Notes under the pieces: generated by a model
Seen by the model: the letters and a program-made list of their open reading frames with translations, nothing else
What the model was told of the DNA's origin: nothing
Database searches by the model: none
Position numbers and translations under genes: made by a program
NCBI GenBank assembly: GCA_963709785.1
Contig: CAVPXT010000007.1
Span: 137,613 to 201,612, forward strand
Direction of reading: 5' to 3'
DNA from: an uncultured Actinomycetota bacterium
GTDB lineage: Bacteria > Actinomycetota > Actinomycetes > Actinomycetales > Dermatophilaceae
Length of the DNA stretch: 64,000 nt
In this document: in pieces, positions 45,927-55,463 of the stretch
Layout of the letters: every line of letters starts with the position of its first letter
Numbering within the stretch: the stretch's first letter is position 1

Positions 45927-46631
45927 GTGGAGATGGTTCGGACGGTCCGGCGCGAGCCGCTGACCCGCGACCGCGTGCTCGGCGCGGCCCTCGCGCTCGC
46001 GGACGAGCACGGGGTCGAGGCCGTGACCATGCGCGCGGTCGGCGAGCGCCTCGGGGTCGAGGGCATGGCCCTCTACCGGCACGTGAGCGGCAAGGAGGCC
46101 CTGCTCGACGGGCTCGTCGAGGTCGTCCTGGCCGAGGTCACCGCCTCCTGCGACGACCTGCCCCCGGACGACTCCGTCGGTGACTGGCGCGAGGCGCTCC
46201 GACGCCGCGTGCTGCGCGCCCGCTCGACGGTGCTGCGCCACCCCTGGGCGCCGGCCCTCATCACCGCCCGCGGGACGGCGGGGGGCTCGACCCTCGGCTG
46301 GTTCGAGGCGGTCTGCGCGACCCTCTTCCGGGGCGGCTTCTCCGCCGACCTGGTCCACCACGCGCTGCACGCCCTCGGCAGCCGCGTCCTCGGCTTCACC
46401 CAGGAGCTCTTCGCCGTCGACGCCCCGGCAGCACTCGACCCCGACGCCGCGCTCGCCGAGGTCCGCGAGCTGTCCCGCACGATGCCCCACGTCGGCCGGG
46501 TCGTCGCGTCGATGGCGCACGACGCCTCCAGCACCCTCGGCTGGTGCGACGACCAGGCGGAGTTCGAGTTCGGCCTCGACGTCCTCCTCGACGGGCTCGA
46601 GGCCCGGCGGCTGCGCGACCTGCCCGCCTGA
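45927..46631 (+). CDS. TetR-family transcriptional regulator (paralog of 29805..30446)
   Basis: HTH VEAVTMRAVGERLGVEGMALYRHVSGKEALLDGL. ATG at 45933 is a likely alternative start. Confidence 0.9.
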   Translation: MEMVRTVRREPLTRDRVLGAALALADEHGVEAVTMRAVGERLGVEGMALYRHVSGKEALLDGLVEVVLAEVTASCDDLPPDDSVGDWREALRRRVLRARSTVLRHPWAPALITARGTAGGSTLGWFEAVCATLFRGGFSADLVHHALHALGSRVLGFTQELFAVDAPAALDPDAALAEVRELSRTMPHVGRVVASMAHDASSTLGWCDDQAEFEFGLDVLLDGLEARRLRDLPA

Positions 46632-46751
46632 CCCCGTCGGACGCCGTCCGGACCTGTGGACGGGTCGTCGGATGTCGCCGTGGCGACGTACGGTGGGGTG
46701 TTCAGGGTCCGTCCGTGCAGGGACGCCCGTGTGCGTTCGAGGAGGGTGCCC

Positions 46752-49700
46752 GTGGCCCGGGTCGTCACCGCCGGACGGCTCTCCGAGCTGACCAACCGTG
46801 AGCTCGGCGACGTCTGCGGCACCGTCACCGTCGCGCGCGGCCTCGCGTACGCCCGCGCGGGCCGCGTCGTCGACGTCGAGGTCTCCGCCGACGGCGCGAA
46901 CGCCACCGGCTGGGTCGGCGGCAGCTCCGGCCAGACCTACACCACGCTCGTGGCGCTCCGGCCGCACGAGGAGACCGGTCGCCGGGCGCTGCGCCGCTGG
47001 TACAGCCAGTGCTCGTGCCCGGTGGCGTCCGACTGCAAGCACGCCGTCGCGGTCGCGGCCCGGGTCCGCGACCTCGCCCCGGCGCCCAGCGCCCCCGACG
47101 ACCCCCCGGCACCGACCTGGGAGCGTGCGCTCGGCGGGCTCCTCGACGACGAGGCTCCGCGCGACTTCACCCCCGTGGGACTGCTCCTGGAGTCCGCCTC
47201 GGCGGGCACCGGCCGGGTGCGCGTCACCGAGGACACCGGCCGCAGCCAGCTGCGGATGCGACCGGTCGTGCCGGGGGTCCGCGACGCGTGGATCCGCACC
47301 GGCGTCTCGTGGGAGAGCTTCGCCGGCGGCTACTACGGCTACGGCCGGGTCACCTTCTCCGACGACCACATCGACGCCCTGACCGCCATCGCGGACGCAC
47401 ACCGTCGCTCGGTCCGCGCGTACGGCTACGGCCGGATGCCCGATGCCATCCTCCTCGACCACCTCGGCCCCGGCTGGGTGTCGCTGCTGCGGGCCGCCGA
47501 CCGCGCCGGGGTGCGGCTGCTCACCGACCTCACGGGACGCGGCGAGGTGGCCTTCGCCCTCGACCCCGCCGAGCTCGTCGTCGACATCGAGAGCACCCCC
47601 GACGGCGCCGCCCTCCATCCCCGCCTCGACCTCCCGGGGGCAGCGGGCACCGACACCCACCTCGTCGGCTCTCCCGCCACCGGCTTCTGGCTCCGCGACG
47701 ACGACACCCTCGTCCTCGGCGCGCTCGCCGAGCCCCTCGACGCGACGCGCCAGCGGCTCCTCGACCTCGGCACCGTCGAGGTGCCGCGCGCCGACTGGAC
47801 CCGCTTCACCGTCACCCACCTGCCCGGCCTGCGCCGGAAGGCGCGGGTGCGCAGCCTCGCCCCCGAGCTCGAGCTGCCCGAGGCCGTCCCGCCGCGGCTC
47901 CACCTGGCCGTCACCGTCGAGCCGGGGCACCGCACCCACCTGGCCTGGGGGTTCCGGTACGGCGGGGCCGACGGTGTGCACGTGGCGCTGGGGTCCGAGG
48001 AGCCCGACCCGATGCGCGACCGCGCGGCCGAGCGCGGGCTCGTCGAGCAGCTGCGGGGCGTGCCCGACGTCGCCGACTTCGACGCGCTGTGGCAGGTCGT
48101 GGCGCGCCAGCCCCACCTCGTGCCCGAGGTGCGCTTCCACGGCTTCACGACGGTCGGCTTCAGCCAGCTGCTCCCGGTCCTCGACGAGCTGCCGTTCCTC
48201 GACGTCGAGGTCCACGGCGAGGTCGCCGACTACACGGAGGTCGACGAGGCGCCGCTCATCCAGGTGTCCACGAGCGACGCCGGCGGCGGGTCCGGTTCGG
48301 CCACCGACTGGTTCGACCTCGGCATCTCGGTCACCGTCGCCGGCGAGGACGTGCCCCTGGCACCGCTCATCGAGGCGGTGGCCCGCGGGCACGAGCACCT
48401 CATCCTCGACTCCGGCACGTGGTTCGCGCTCGACCGCCCCGAGCTCGAGACGCTGAGGCGGCTCGTCGAGGAGGCGCGCTCGCTGCAGGACAAGCCGTCC
48501 GACCCGCTGCGCATCTCCGCCGTGCACGTCGGGCTCTGGGAGGAGCTCGCGGCGCTCGGGGTCGTCGAGGAGCAGAGCGCGCGCTGGCAGCGCACCGTCG
48601 GTCGGCTCGTCGACGGCGGGGACCTGCCGCCGGCCGAGGTGCCGGTCGGGCTCGACGCCACGCTGCGCCCGTACCAGGTCGAGGGCTTCCGCTGGCTGTC
48701 CCTGCTGTGGGACTGCGGGCTCGGCGGGGTGCTCGCCGACGACATGGGCCTCGGCAAGACCGTGCAGATGCTCGCGATGGTGCTGCGCGCCCACGAGCGC
48801 GGCGAGCTCGACCACCCGGTGCTCGTCATCGCCCCCACGTCCGTGCTGTCCACGTGGGCCGGCGAGGCGGCGCACTTCGCCCCCGCGCTGCGCACCGCCG
48901 TCATCGACCGCACGCGCGGCAAGGACCGCCGCAGCCTGGCCGCCGCGATCGAGGGGGCCCAGGTCGTCATCACCTCGTACACCGTCGCCCGCATCGACGA
49001 GGCCGAGTGGCGCTCGCGCGAGTGGGGCGCGGTGGTCCTCGACGAGGCGCAGTTCGTCAAGAACCACCAGGCCAAGACCTACCAGGCGGTGCGGCGGCTC
49101 TCGGCACGGGCGAAGTTCGCCATCACCGGCACCCCGCTCGAGAACTCCCTGATGGACCTCTGGTCCCTGCTCTCGATCGTCGCGCCGGGGCTGCACCCGA
49201 AGCCCGGCGCGTTCAAGGAGCAGTGGGCCACTCCCATCGAGCGCGACGGCGACGCCGACCGGCTCGCCACGCTGCGCCGGCGGATCCGGCCGCTGATGCT
49301 GCGGCGCACGAAGGAGGCGGTCGCCACCGAGCTGCCGCCGAAGCAGGAGCAGGTGCTCACCGTCGACCTCCACCCCCGGCACCGTGCGGTGTACGACCGG
49401 CACCTGCAGCGCGAGCGGCAGCGGCTGCTCGGCCTCATCGACGACCTCGACGGCAACCGGATGGCGGTCCTGCGGGCGCTCACGGCGCTGCGGCAGATGT
49501 CGCTCGACCCGTCGCTCGTCGACGAGCAGTACGCCGGGCTCGCGGCGTCGGCGAAGGTCGACGCGCTCGTCGAGCACGTCACCGAGCTCGCCGGCGAGGG
49601 CCACCGGGCGCTCGTGTTCTCGCAGTTCACCGGGTTCCTCGGCATCGTCCGCGAGCGCTTCGCCGCCGAGGGCATCGCCTACGAGTACCTCGACGGGCGC

Positions 49701-50054
49701 ACCCGCGACCGCGCCGAGCGGATCGCGGCCTTCCGCGACGGCGACGCCCCGGTGTTCCTCATCTCGCTCAAGGCCGGTGGCTTCGGCCTCACGCTCACCG
49801 AGGCCGACTACGTCTTCGTGCTCGACCCGTGGTGGAACCCGGCCGCCGAGGCCCAGGCCATCGACCGGGCGCACCGCATCGGGCAGACCAAGCCGGTCAA
49901 CGTCTACCGGATGGTGTCGCGGAACACGGTCGAGGAGAAGGTCATCGCCCTCCAGGAACGCAAGCGCGACCTCTTCACGCGCGTCGTCGACGAGGGGGCC
50001 GCGATGAGCCGGGCCCTGAGCGCCGACGACCTGCGCGACCTGCTCTCCGGCTGA
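46752..50054 (+). CDS. SNF2-family helicase with N-terminal SWIM zinc finger
   Basis: AGGAGG RBS 6 nt before GTG at 46752. SWIM CSCPVASDCKHAVAV. SNF2_N LADDMGLGKT and DEAQFVKN. Helicase-C FLISLKAGGFGLTLTEADYVFVLDPWWNPAAEAQAIDRAHRIGQ. Confidence 0.9.
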   Translation: MARVVTAGRLSELTNRELGDVCGTVTVARGLAYARAGRVVDVEVSADGANATGWVGGSSGQTYTTLVALRPHEETGRRALRRWYSQCSCPVASDCKHAVAVAARVRDLAPAPSAPDDPPAPTWERALGGLLDDEAPRDFTPVGLLLESASAGTGRVRVTEDTGRSQLRMRPVVPGVRDAWIRTGVSWESFAGGYYGYGRVTFSDDHIDALTAIADAHRRSVRAYGYGRMPDAILLDHLGPGWVSLLRAADRAGVRLLTDLTGRGEVAFALDPAELVVDIESTPDGAALHPRLDLPGAAGTDTHLVGSPATGFWLRDDDTLVLGALAEPLDATRQRLLDLGTVEVPRADWTRFTVTHLPGLRRKARVRSLAPELELPEAVPPRLHLAVTVEPGHRTHLAWGFRYGGADGVHVALGSEEPDPMRDRAAERGLVEQLRGVPDVADFDALWQVVARQPHLVPEVRFHGFTTVGFSQLLPVLDELPFLDVEVHGEVADYTEVDEAPLIQVSTSDAGGGSGSATDWFDLGISVTVAGEDVPLAPLIEAVARGHEHLILDSGTWFALDRPELETLRRLVEEARSLQDKPSDPLRISAVHVGLWEELAALGVVEEQSARWQRTVGRLVDGGDLPPAEVPVGLDATLRPYQVEGFRWLSLLWDCGLGGVLADDMGLGKTVQMLAMVLRAHERGELDHPVLVIAPTSVLSTWAGEAAHFAPALRTAVIDRTRGKDRRSLAAAIEGAQVVITSYTVARIDEAEWRSREWGAVVLDEAQFVKNHQAKTYQAVRRLSARAKFAITGTPLENSLMDLWSLLSIVAPGLHPKPGAFKEQWATPIERDGDADRLATLRRRIRPLMLRRTKEAVATELPPKQEQVLTVDLHPRHRAVYDRHLQRERQRLLGLIDDLDGNRMAVLRALTALRQMSLDPSLVDEQYAGLAASAKVDALVEHVTELAGEGHRALVFSQFTGFLGIVRERFAAEGIAYEYLDGRTRDRAERIAAFRDGDAPVFLISLKAGGFGLTLTEADYVFVLDPWWNPAAEAQAIDRAHRIGQTKPVNVYRMVSRNTVEEKVIALQERKRDLFTRVVDEGAAMSRALSADDLRDLLSG

Positions 50055-50073
50055 CCGCGCGGTCGGACATCCT

Positions 50074-50125
50074 CCGAACGTGTGTGAACACGCCGGGGAT
50101 CTCCGGCGTGTTCACACACGTTCGG
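50074..50125. terminator. perfect 23-bp inverted repeat (6-nt loop) between convergent genes
   Basis: CCGAACGTGTGTGAACACGCCGG GGATCT CCGGCGTGTTCACACACGTTCGG. Lies between the SNF2 stop (50054) and the fumC stop (50149). Confidence 0.6.
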
Positions 50126-50148
50126 GGAATGGTGCGGTGGATGAGGGG

Positions 50149-51570
50149 TCAGTCGGGGCGGGTCATCGCCTCGGGGTCGACCCAGCGGTCGTAGTCGTCC
50201 TCGGAGACGGCACCGGATGCCACCGCCGCCTCGCGCAGCGTCGAGCCGTCGCGGTGCGCCTGCTTCGCGATGGCCGCCGCCGTGTCGTAGCCGATGTGCG
50301 GGGCCAGTGCGGTGACGAGCATGAGGTCGGCCTCGAGGTGCTCGGCGATCCGCTCGCGGTCGGCCTCCAGCCCGACGACGCAGTGCTCGGTGAACGAGTG
50401 GCACGCGTCGGAGACGAGCCGGATCGACTCCAGCACCGCGTGCGCCATGACCGGCGTGAAGACGTTGAGCTGGAAGTTGCCCTGCGTGCCGGCGAACCCG
50501 ACCGTGGCGTCGTTGCCGAAGACGCGGGTGACGACCATCGTCATCGCCTCGGACTGGGTCGGGTTCACCTTGCCCGGCATGATCGACGATCCCGGCTCGT
50601 TCTCGGGGATGCGCAGCTCGCCGATGCCCGTCCGCGGCCCGGAGGCGAGCCACCGCACGTCGTTCGCGAGCTTCATGAGGCCGCCCGCCAGCGTGCGCAG
50701 GGACGACGACACGGCGACGAGGCCGTCGTGCGCGGCGAGCTGGACGAAGAGGTTGTCGGCCTGGTGGAACGCGAGCCCCGTCTCGGCGGCGAGGTGCTCG
50801 GCCACCTTCGGCCCGAACTCGGCCGGGGCGTTGAGCCCGGTGCCCACGGCCGTCCCGCCGATCGCCAGGGCGAGCACCCGCTGGCCGGCGTACCGCACGT
50901 CGGCCTGGGCCTCGCGCAGCTGACCGGCCCACGCGCCGATCTCCTGCCCGAGCGTCACCGGCGTCGCGTCCTGGAGGTGGGTGCGCCCGACCTTGACGAC
51001 GTCGGCCAGCTCCGCGGCCTTGGCGTCGAGGGCCTCGCAGAGTGCGTCGACCGCGGGGTGCAGCCGTTCGGCCAGCTCGAGGGCCACCGAGACGTGGACC
51101 GCGGTGGGGAAGGTGTCGTTGCTCGACTGGCTCCGGTTGACGTGGTCGTTGGGGTGCACCGGGTCCTTGGACCCCAGCTCGCCCCCGAGGATCTCGATCG
51201 CCCGGTTCGCGACGACCTCGTTGGTGTTCATGTTGCTCTGCGTCCCGGAGCCGGTCTGGAAGACGACGAGCGGGAAGTGGTCGTCGAGGTCGCCCCGGGC
51301 CACCTCGTCCGCGGCGGCGATGACGGCCGGGGCCACCTCCTCGGGGAGCAGGCCGAGCTCGGCGTTGGCCAGCGCCGCCGACTTCTTGAGCAGGCCGAGG
51401 CCGCGGATGACCGCACGCCCCCACACGAAGGTGTCCCGGCCGATGTCGAAGTGCTCGAGGCTGCGCTGGGTCTGCGCCCCCCAGTACCGGTCGGCCGGCA
51501 CCTCCACGGCGCCCATCGTGTCGCTCTCGGTGCGGCTCGCCGCGTCGTCCTGGTCGTGCTGGGTCGTCAT
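50149..51570 (-). CDS. fumC: class II fumarate hydratase
   Basis: ATG at 51570. [30 protein letters not shown] signature. Confidence 0.95.
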   Translation of the reverse strand: MTTQHDQDDAASRTESDTMGAVEVPADRYWGAQTQRSLEHFDIGRDTFVWGRAVIRGLGLLKKSAALANAELGLLPEEVAPAVIAAADEVARGDLDDHFPLVVFQTGSGTQSNMNTNEVVANRAIEILGGELGSKDPVHPNDHVNRSQSSNDTFPTAVHVSVALELAERLHPAVDALCEALDAKAAELADVVKVGRTHLQDATPVTLGQEIGAWAGQLREAQADVRYAGQRVLALAIGGTAVGTGLNAPAEFGPKVAEHLAAETGLAFHQADNLFVQLAAHDGLVAVSSSLRTLAGGLMKLANDVRWLASGPRTGIGELRIPENEPGSSIMPGKVNPTQSEAMTMVVTRVFGNDATVGFAGTQGNFQLNVFTPVMAHAVLESIRLVSDACHSFTEHCVVGLEADRERIAEHLEADLMLVTALAPHIGYDTAAAIAKQAHRDGSTLREAAVASGAVSEDDYDRWVDPEAMTRPD

Positions 51571-51723
51571 CCCCCCACGGTATGCCCGGGTCACGACCTC
51601 GACACAGTCGCGTCGCACCCCTCCTCAAGCGAGCACCCTTCTGCGACAATCACCGCCTGCCCATCGCAGCGTCGCGGCCCGGCAGTCGGCTCGCGACGGA
51701 CCGTCCGAGGGAGGATCGAACCG

Positions 51724-52512
51724 TTGCCCGGCACCGAGCGTCCCGACGAGCACCCGGTCGCCCCGACGCTCTGGATGGCCCGGCGCGAGTGGCGCGTCGG
51801 CCTCGAGCTCGCCGCGTCCGCCGTCCGCACCCGCGACCTGCACCAGTGGCCCGTCGGCGACGGCCACCCGGTCATCGTGCTGCCGGGGTTCCTCGCCGGC
51901 CCGGAGTCCACGCTGTTCCTGCGCCAGCACCTGCGCCGGCTCGGGTACCGGACCCACGACTGGCGCCAGGGCCGCAACCTCGGCGCGAGCCCGGAGCTCG
52001 CCGCCCGCCTCGAGGACCTCCTGCTCGAGATCCACGACCGCTACGGCCGACGGGTCAGCCTCATCGGCTGGAGCGCCGGGGGGATCTACGCGCGCGAGAT
52101 GGCGCGGGCCCTGCCCGACTACACCCGCTCGGTCATCACCCTGGGCAGCCCGTTCCGCGGCCACCCCGCCTCGACCCGGGCCTGGGCGATGTACCGCCTC
52201 ATGAACCGGCGGAACCTCGACCTCATGTTCACCGAGGAGGCGCTCGCGATGCGCGCCACCCCCCTGCCGGTGCCCACGACGAGCATCTACTCGCGGTCCG
52301 ACGGCATCGTGGCGTGGCAGTGCTGCGTCTCGGAGCCGGCGCCGCACACCGAGAACGTCGAGGTCAGCGCCACCCACCTCGGGTACGGCCACCACCTCGA
52401 GACGCTGCGGGTCGTCGCCGACCGGCTCGCCCAGCCCGAGGGCTCCTGGACACCCTGGGTGGACGCCGACCCCGGCGCGGACCCGCCGGCCGCCCACGAC
52501 CGGGCGGTCTGA
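51724..52512 (+). CDS. alpha/beta hydrolase (lipase/esterase-like)
   Basis: GWSAGG nucleophile elbow. A TTG at 51724 follows GAGGGAGGA (alternative ATG at 51775). The upstream 548 codons of ORF 50080..52512 are antisense to fumC. Confidence 0.7.
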   Translation: MPGTERPDEHPVAPTLWMARREWRVGLELAASAVRTRDLHQWPVGDGHPVIVLPGFLAGPESTLFLRQHLRRLGYRTHDWRQGRNLGASPELAARLEDLLLEIHDRYGRRVSLIGWSAGGIYAREMARALPDYTRSVITLGSPFRGHPASTRAWAMYRLMNRRNLDLMFTEEALAMRATPLPVPTTSIYSRSDGIVAWQCCVSEPAPHTENVEVSATHLGYGHHLETLRVVADRLAQPEGSWTPWVDADPGADPPAAHDRAV

Positions 52513-52515
52513 CGC

Positions 52516-53916
52516 GTGGCGCGGACCCGCTGGGCCAGCCCGCTCGACTCGATCTTCCTCATGGGGGAGTCCCCCGAGACCCTGATGCACGTGGGCTCGC
52601 TGCTGCACTTCCGCTACCCCGAGGGCGAGGACGAAGGGTTCCTGCGCGACCTCGTGGCCGACGTGCGGTCCGCCCCGGTCGAGCTGCCGTGGACGCTGCG
52701 ACTGCAGACCCGGCGCGCCATGCGTCAGCCCGTGCACCGCTGGGTCGAGGACGACCGCTTCGACGTCGACTACCACGTCCGGCACTCCGCCCTGCCCGCG
52801 CAGGGCGGCGAGCGCGAGCTCGGCATCCTCGTCTCGCGGCTGCACTCGAACCAGATCGACTTCCGGCGACCCCCGTGGGAGGTGCACTTCATCGAGGGGG
52901 TCGGGCCCGGCCAGTTCGCCGTCTACACGAAGATCCACCACAGCCTCGTCGACGGCTACACGGGCACCCGCATCCTGCAGCGCGGCCTCTCCGAGGACCC
53001 CGACGACCGCACGCACCCGCACTTCTACAGCCTCACCAAGCCGCCGCGGGCCGAGGGCGTGCCGCGCGAGCCGGTGGGCGACGTCGCGTCCATCCTCCGG
53101 AGCGTCTCGGCCTCGGTCACGGCGATGCCGGCGGTGGCGCGCTCCATCCTCGGCACCCAGCTGCGGCGCGGCGAGACCACGACGCGCGCGGTGACCTCGT
53201 ACCAGGCGCCGGTCTCGGTGCTCAACGGGCAGACCGGCCGCTCGCGCCGGTTCGCCACCCAGCAGTACGACCTCGAGCGGCTGCGCGCCGTGGCCCGCGC
53301 GAAGAACGCCACCCTCAACGACGTCCTCATGGCGATCTGCGCCGCCGGGCTCCGCCGTTTCCTCGGCGACCTCGACGAGCTGCCGGACCGCCCGCTCATC
53401 GCCTTCGTCCCGGTCAACGTCCGAGCCGCCGACAGCGAGGGGGGCGGCAACTACGTCGGTGCGACGCTCGTCTCGCTCGCGACCGACATCGCCGACCCGG
53501 TCGCCCGCCTGGCCGCCATCGCCTCGTCGTCGCGCGCCGCCAAGGCCCGGATGCGCGGGATGACCGGCGACGGCGTCATCGCGTACAGCGCGATGCTCCT
53601 GGCGCCCGCCGGGCTCCAGGTCGCCCGGGCGATGACCGGGCTGCCGCTGCCCGGCCCGCTCACCCTCAACGTGTGCATCTCGAACGTGCCCGGGCCGACC
53701 AAGCCCCTGTACTGGCGAGGCGCCCGGCTCGAGGCGACGTACCCGGTGTCGATCCCCGGGCACTCCATGGCACTCAACATCACGGCGCAGTCGTACGCGG
53801 GCACGCTGAACCTCGGCTTCATCGGGGACCGTGAGGCGGTGCCACACCTCCAGCGCCTCGCGGTGCACACCGGGGAGGCCCTCGAGGAGCTCGAGGCCGC
53901 CGTCGGCACCGGCTGA
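52516..53916 (+). CDS. wax ester synthase / diacylglycerol acyltransferase (WS/DGAT)
   Basis: Catalytic HHSLVDG motif. 466 aa with the typical WS/DGAT N- and C-terminal domains. Confidence 0.9.
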   Translation: MARTRWASPLDSIFLMGESPETLMHVGSLLHFRYPEGEDEGFLRDLVADVRSAPVELPWTLRLQTRRAMRQPVHRWVEDDRFDVDYHVRHSALPAQGGERELGILVSRLHSNQIDFRRPPWEVHFIEGVGPGQFAVYTKIHHSLVDGYTGTRILQRGLSEDPDDRTHPHFYSLTKPPRAEGVPREPVGDVASILRSVSASVTAMPAVARSILGTQLRRGETTTRAVTSYQAPVSVLNGQTGRSRRFATQQYDLERLRAVARAKNATLNDVLMAICAAGLRRFLGDLDELPDRPLIAFVPVNVRAADSEGGGNYVGATLVSLATDIADPVARLAAIASSSRAAKARMRGMTGDGVIAYSAMLLAPAGLQVARAMTGLPLPGPLTLNVCISNVPGPTKPLYWRGARLEATYPVSIPGHSMALNITAQSYAGTLNLGFIGDREAVPHLQRLAVHTGEALEELEAAVGTG

Positions 53917-53920
53917 CGGC

Positions 53921-54343
53921 TCAGCCCTGCGGTGGCTCCCCGCTGCCGAGGTTGACCATCCACGAGATGCCGTACCGGTCGACGAGCTGCCCGTACTCGT
54001 CGCCCCACATCTGCTTCTCGAAGGGCATCGTCACGGTGGCGCCGTCGGCCAGCCCCTCCCAGTAGCGGCGGAGCGCCTCGTCGTCGCCGCTCAGCGAGAC
54101 GTGGACGTTGCTCGGAGCACCCGACCCGCCCTCCATCCCGGGCGGGAGGTCCGAGGCCATGAGGACGAAGCCGTCGTCGGTCTCGAGGTAGGCGTGCATC
54201 ACGCCGTCGGCGCCGGGCCCCTCGGCCCCGTACTGGCCGAAGGTCATGACGTCGAGCCGGCCGCCGAGGACCTGCTGGTAGAAGGTCATCGCCTCGCGGG
54301 CGGCGCCGTCGAAGTTGAGGTACGGGTTGAGTCTGCTCGCCAT
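53921..54343 (-). CDS. VOC/glyoxalase-fold protein (PhnB/YjdN-like)
   Basis: ATG at 54343: MASRLNPYLNFDGAAREAMTFYQQVLGG...QMWGDEYGQLVDRYGISWMVN. Confidence 0.8.
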   Translation of the reverse strand: MASRLNPYLNFDGAAREAMTFYQQVLGGRLDVMTFGQYGAEGPGADGVMHAYLETDDGFVLMASDLPPGMEGGSGAPSNVHVSLSGDDEALRRYWEGLADGATVTMPFEKQMWGDEYGQLVDRYGISWMVNLGSGEPPQG

Positions 54344-54408
54344 GATGGGCTCCCTGTTGCCGGTGTCGTCGTCGACCTCGACGACGCTACGCCGCACCAC
54401 CGACACTG

Positions 54409-55218
54409 TCACCGGGGCCGACGCGTCCCTCGGGAGTCCGCGTGCGGGGCCGCGCCCCGCACCGAGTGCCTGCGCCCCGTCCCGGGCCCGGCGACCACCG
54501 CGGCGACCAGGGCGGTGACCTCGGGAGCCGGCGCGACCTCGAGCTCGGACCACAGGACGTCGCGGTAGTGCTCGTAGCGACGGAGCGCCTCGTAGGCGTT
54601 GCCCTCCTCGAGGAGCGCCCGCACCAGGGCGCACAGGGCCGACTGGCGCAGCGGTTCGGCGGTGACCGCAGCCAGCCCGGCCCGGGTGGCGAGACCGAAC
54701 TGGCGGAGCCGGGTCGCACTGCGACACAGCTCCTCCAAGGCCTGGATCCGGGTGAGGTGGAAGGCGTCCTGCTCACCGAGGAGCCATTCCTCGTACCAGC
54801 CGGGGAGGAGGTCCCGCGTGAGCAGGTCCAGCTGGCTGGCGTCCAGGGGAGCGGCGTCGAGCGCGAGGCCCGCGATCCGCCGCGCGTCCACCACGTCCAC
54901 GTCGGCCTCCAGGCGCACCTCCCACGAGCTCGCGGTGACCCACCCCGGCGGGGTCTGCCAGATGGCGCGTCGGAGGTTGGCCCGGGCGCGGGTCTCCAGG
55001 ACCGTCGGCCAGAGCTCCATGCTCATGAGCGAGCGCTGCACCACCGGCCCCCTGACGGCCAGGTAGGCGATCGCACGGCGCGCGGAGGCCGACAGGGGGT
55101 CCTCCGGGACGACCGAGAGCCGCCCGAGGACACACACCTGACGGTGCGAACGCGTACCGGTCACCGGCGGCCCCTCTCGCCGGCCCGTGGTGGGGACGGC
55201 GTCGACGTGGCAAACCAT
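54409..55218 (-). CDS. SARP-family (AfsR/DnrI/RedD-like) transcriptional activator: OmpR-type wHTH + BTAD
   Basis: VCVLGRLSV..., ARRAIAYLAVRG, LLPGWYEEWLLGEQDAFHLTRIQALEELC, ALVRALLEEGNAYEALRRYEHYRDVLWSELEVAP (BTAD). Start is the ATG at 55218 or the GTG at 55164. Confidence 0.75.
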   Translation of the reverse strand: MVCHVDAVPTTGRREGPPVTGTRSHRQVCVLGRLSVVPEDPLSASARRAIAYLAVRGPVVQRSLMSMELWPTVLETRARANLRRAIWQTPPGWVTASSWEVRLEADVDVVDARRIAGLALDAAPLDASQLDLLTRDLLPGWYEEWLLGEQDAFHLTRIQALEELCRSATRLRQFGLATRAGLAAVTAEPLRQSALCALVRALLEEGNAYEALRRYEHYRDVLWSELEVAPAPEVTALVAAVVAGPGTGRRHSVRGAAPHADSRGTRRPR

Positions 55219-55463
55219 TCGGGGACGTCCGGGAAGTATCCCGGACCTCCGGGGGCCCTGCAAACGCGTTGTCCCGGCGGGGACGCCCGGGGGTACACCG
55301 CGACGACGCCGAGGGGACGCGACGGTGCCCGCCCGGGGACCCACGCGGCCACCCGGGACGACGCCCAGGAGGGGCCGCCGAGCACGGGTGCTGCCACGGG
55401 TGCGGCTACGGGGGCCGCGGACGATGGTCGGTGTTCTGCTCACCACGGACCCCGGAGGGACCC

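Noticed and set aside
45822-49874. Upstream 1350 codons of the 1598-aa minus-strand ORF
   Set aside because: It is antisense to the TetR and SWIM-SNF2 genes. Only the last 247 codons (45078..45821) have membrane-protein character plus a sensible ATG facing the TetR operator.
46752-50054. SWIM-SNF2 helicase as part of a phage-defence island (DISARM/BREX/Zorya-like)
   Set aside because: No methyltransferase, PLD, DUF1998, protease or other defence partner is adjacent. The flanks are a TetR divergon and fumC, so it looks like the common stand-alone actinobacterial SNF2 protein.
50074-50125. CRP/GlxR-type site (TGTGA...TCACA) within the 23-bp inverted repeat
   Set aside because: The spacing between TGTGA and TCACA does not fit the 6-nt consensus gap. 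The position between two convergent stop codons argues for a terminator.
55269-55463. Longer start for the 832-aa protein (ORF track start 55269)
   Set aside because: The extension is Arg/Gly-rich, would consume the whole divergent promoter region and has no RBS. The ATG at 55464 follows GGAGGGA.
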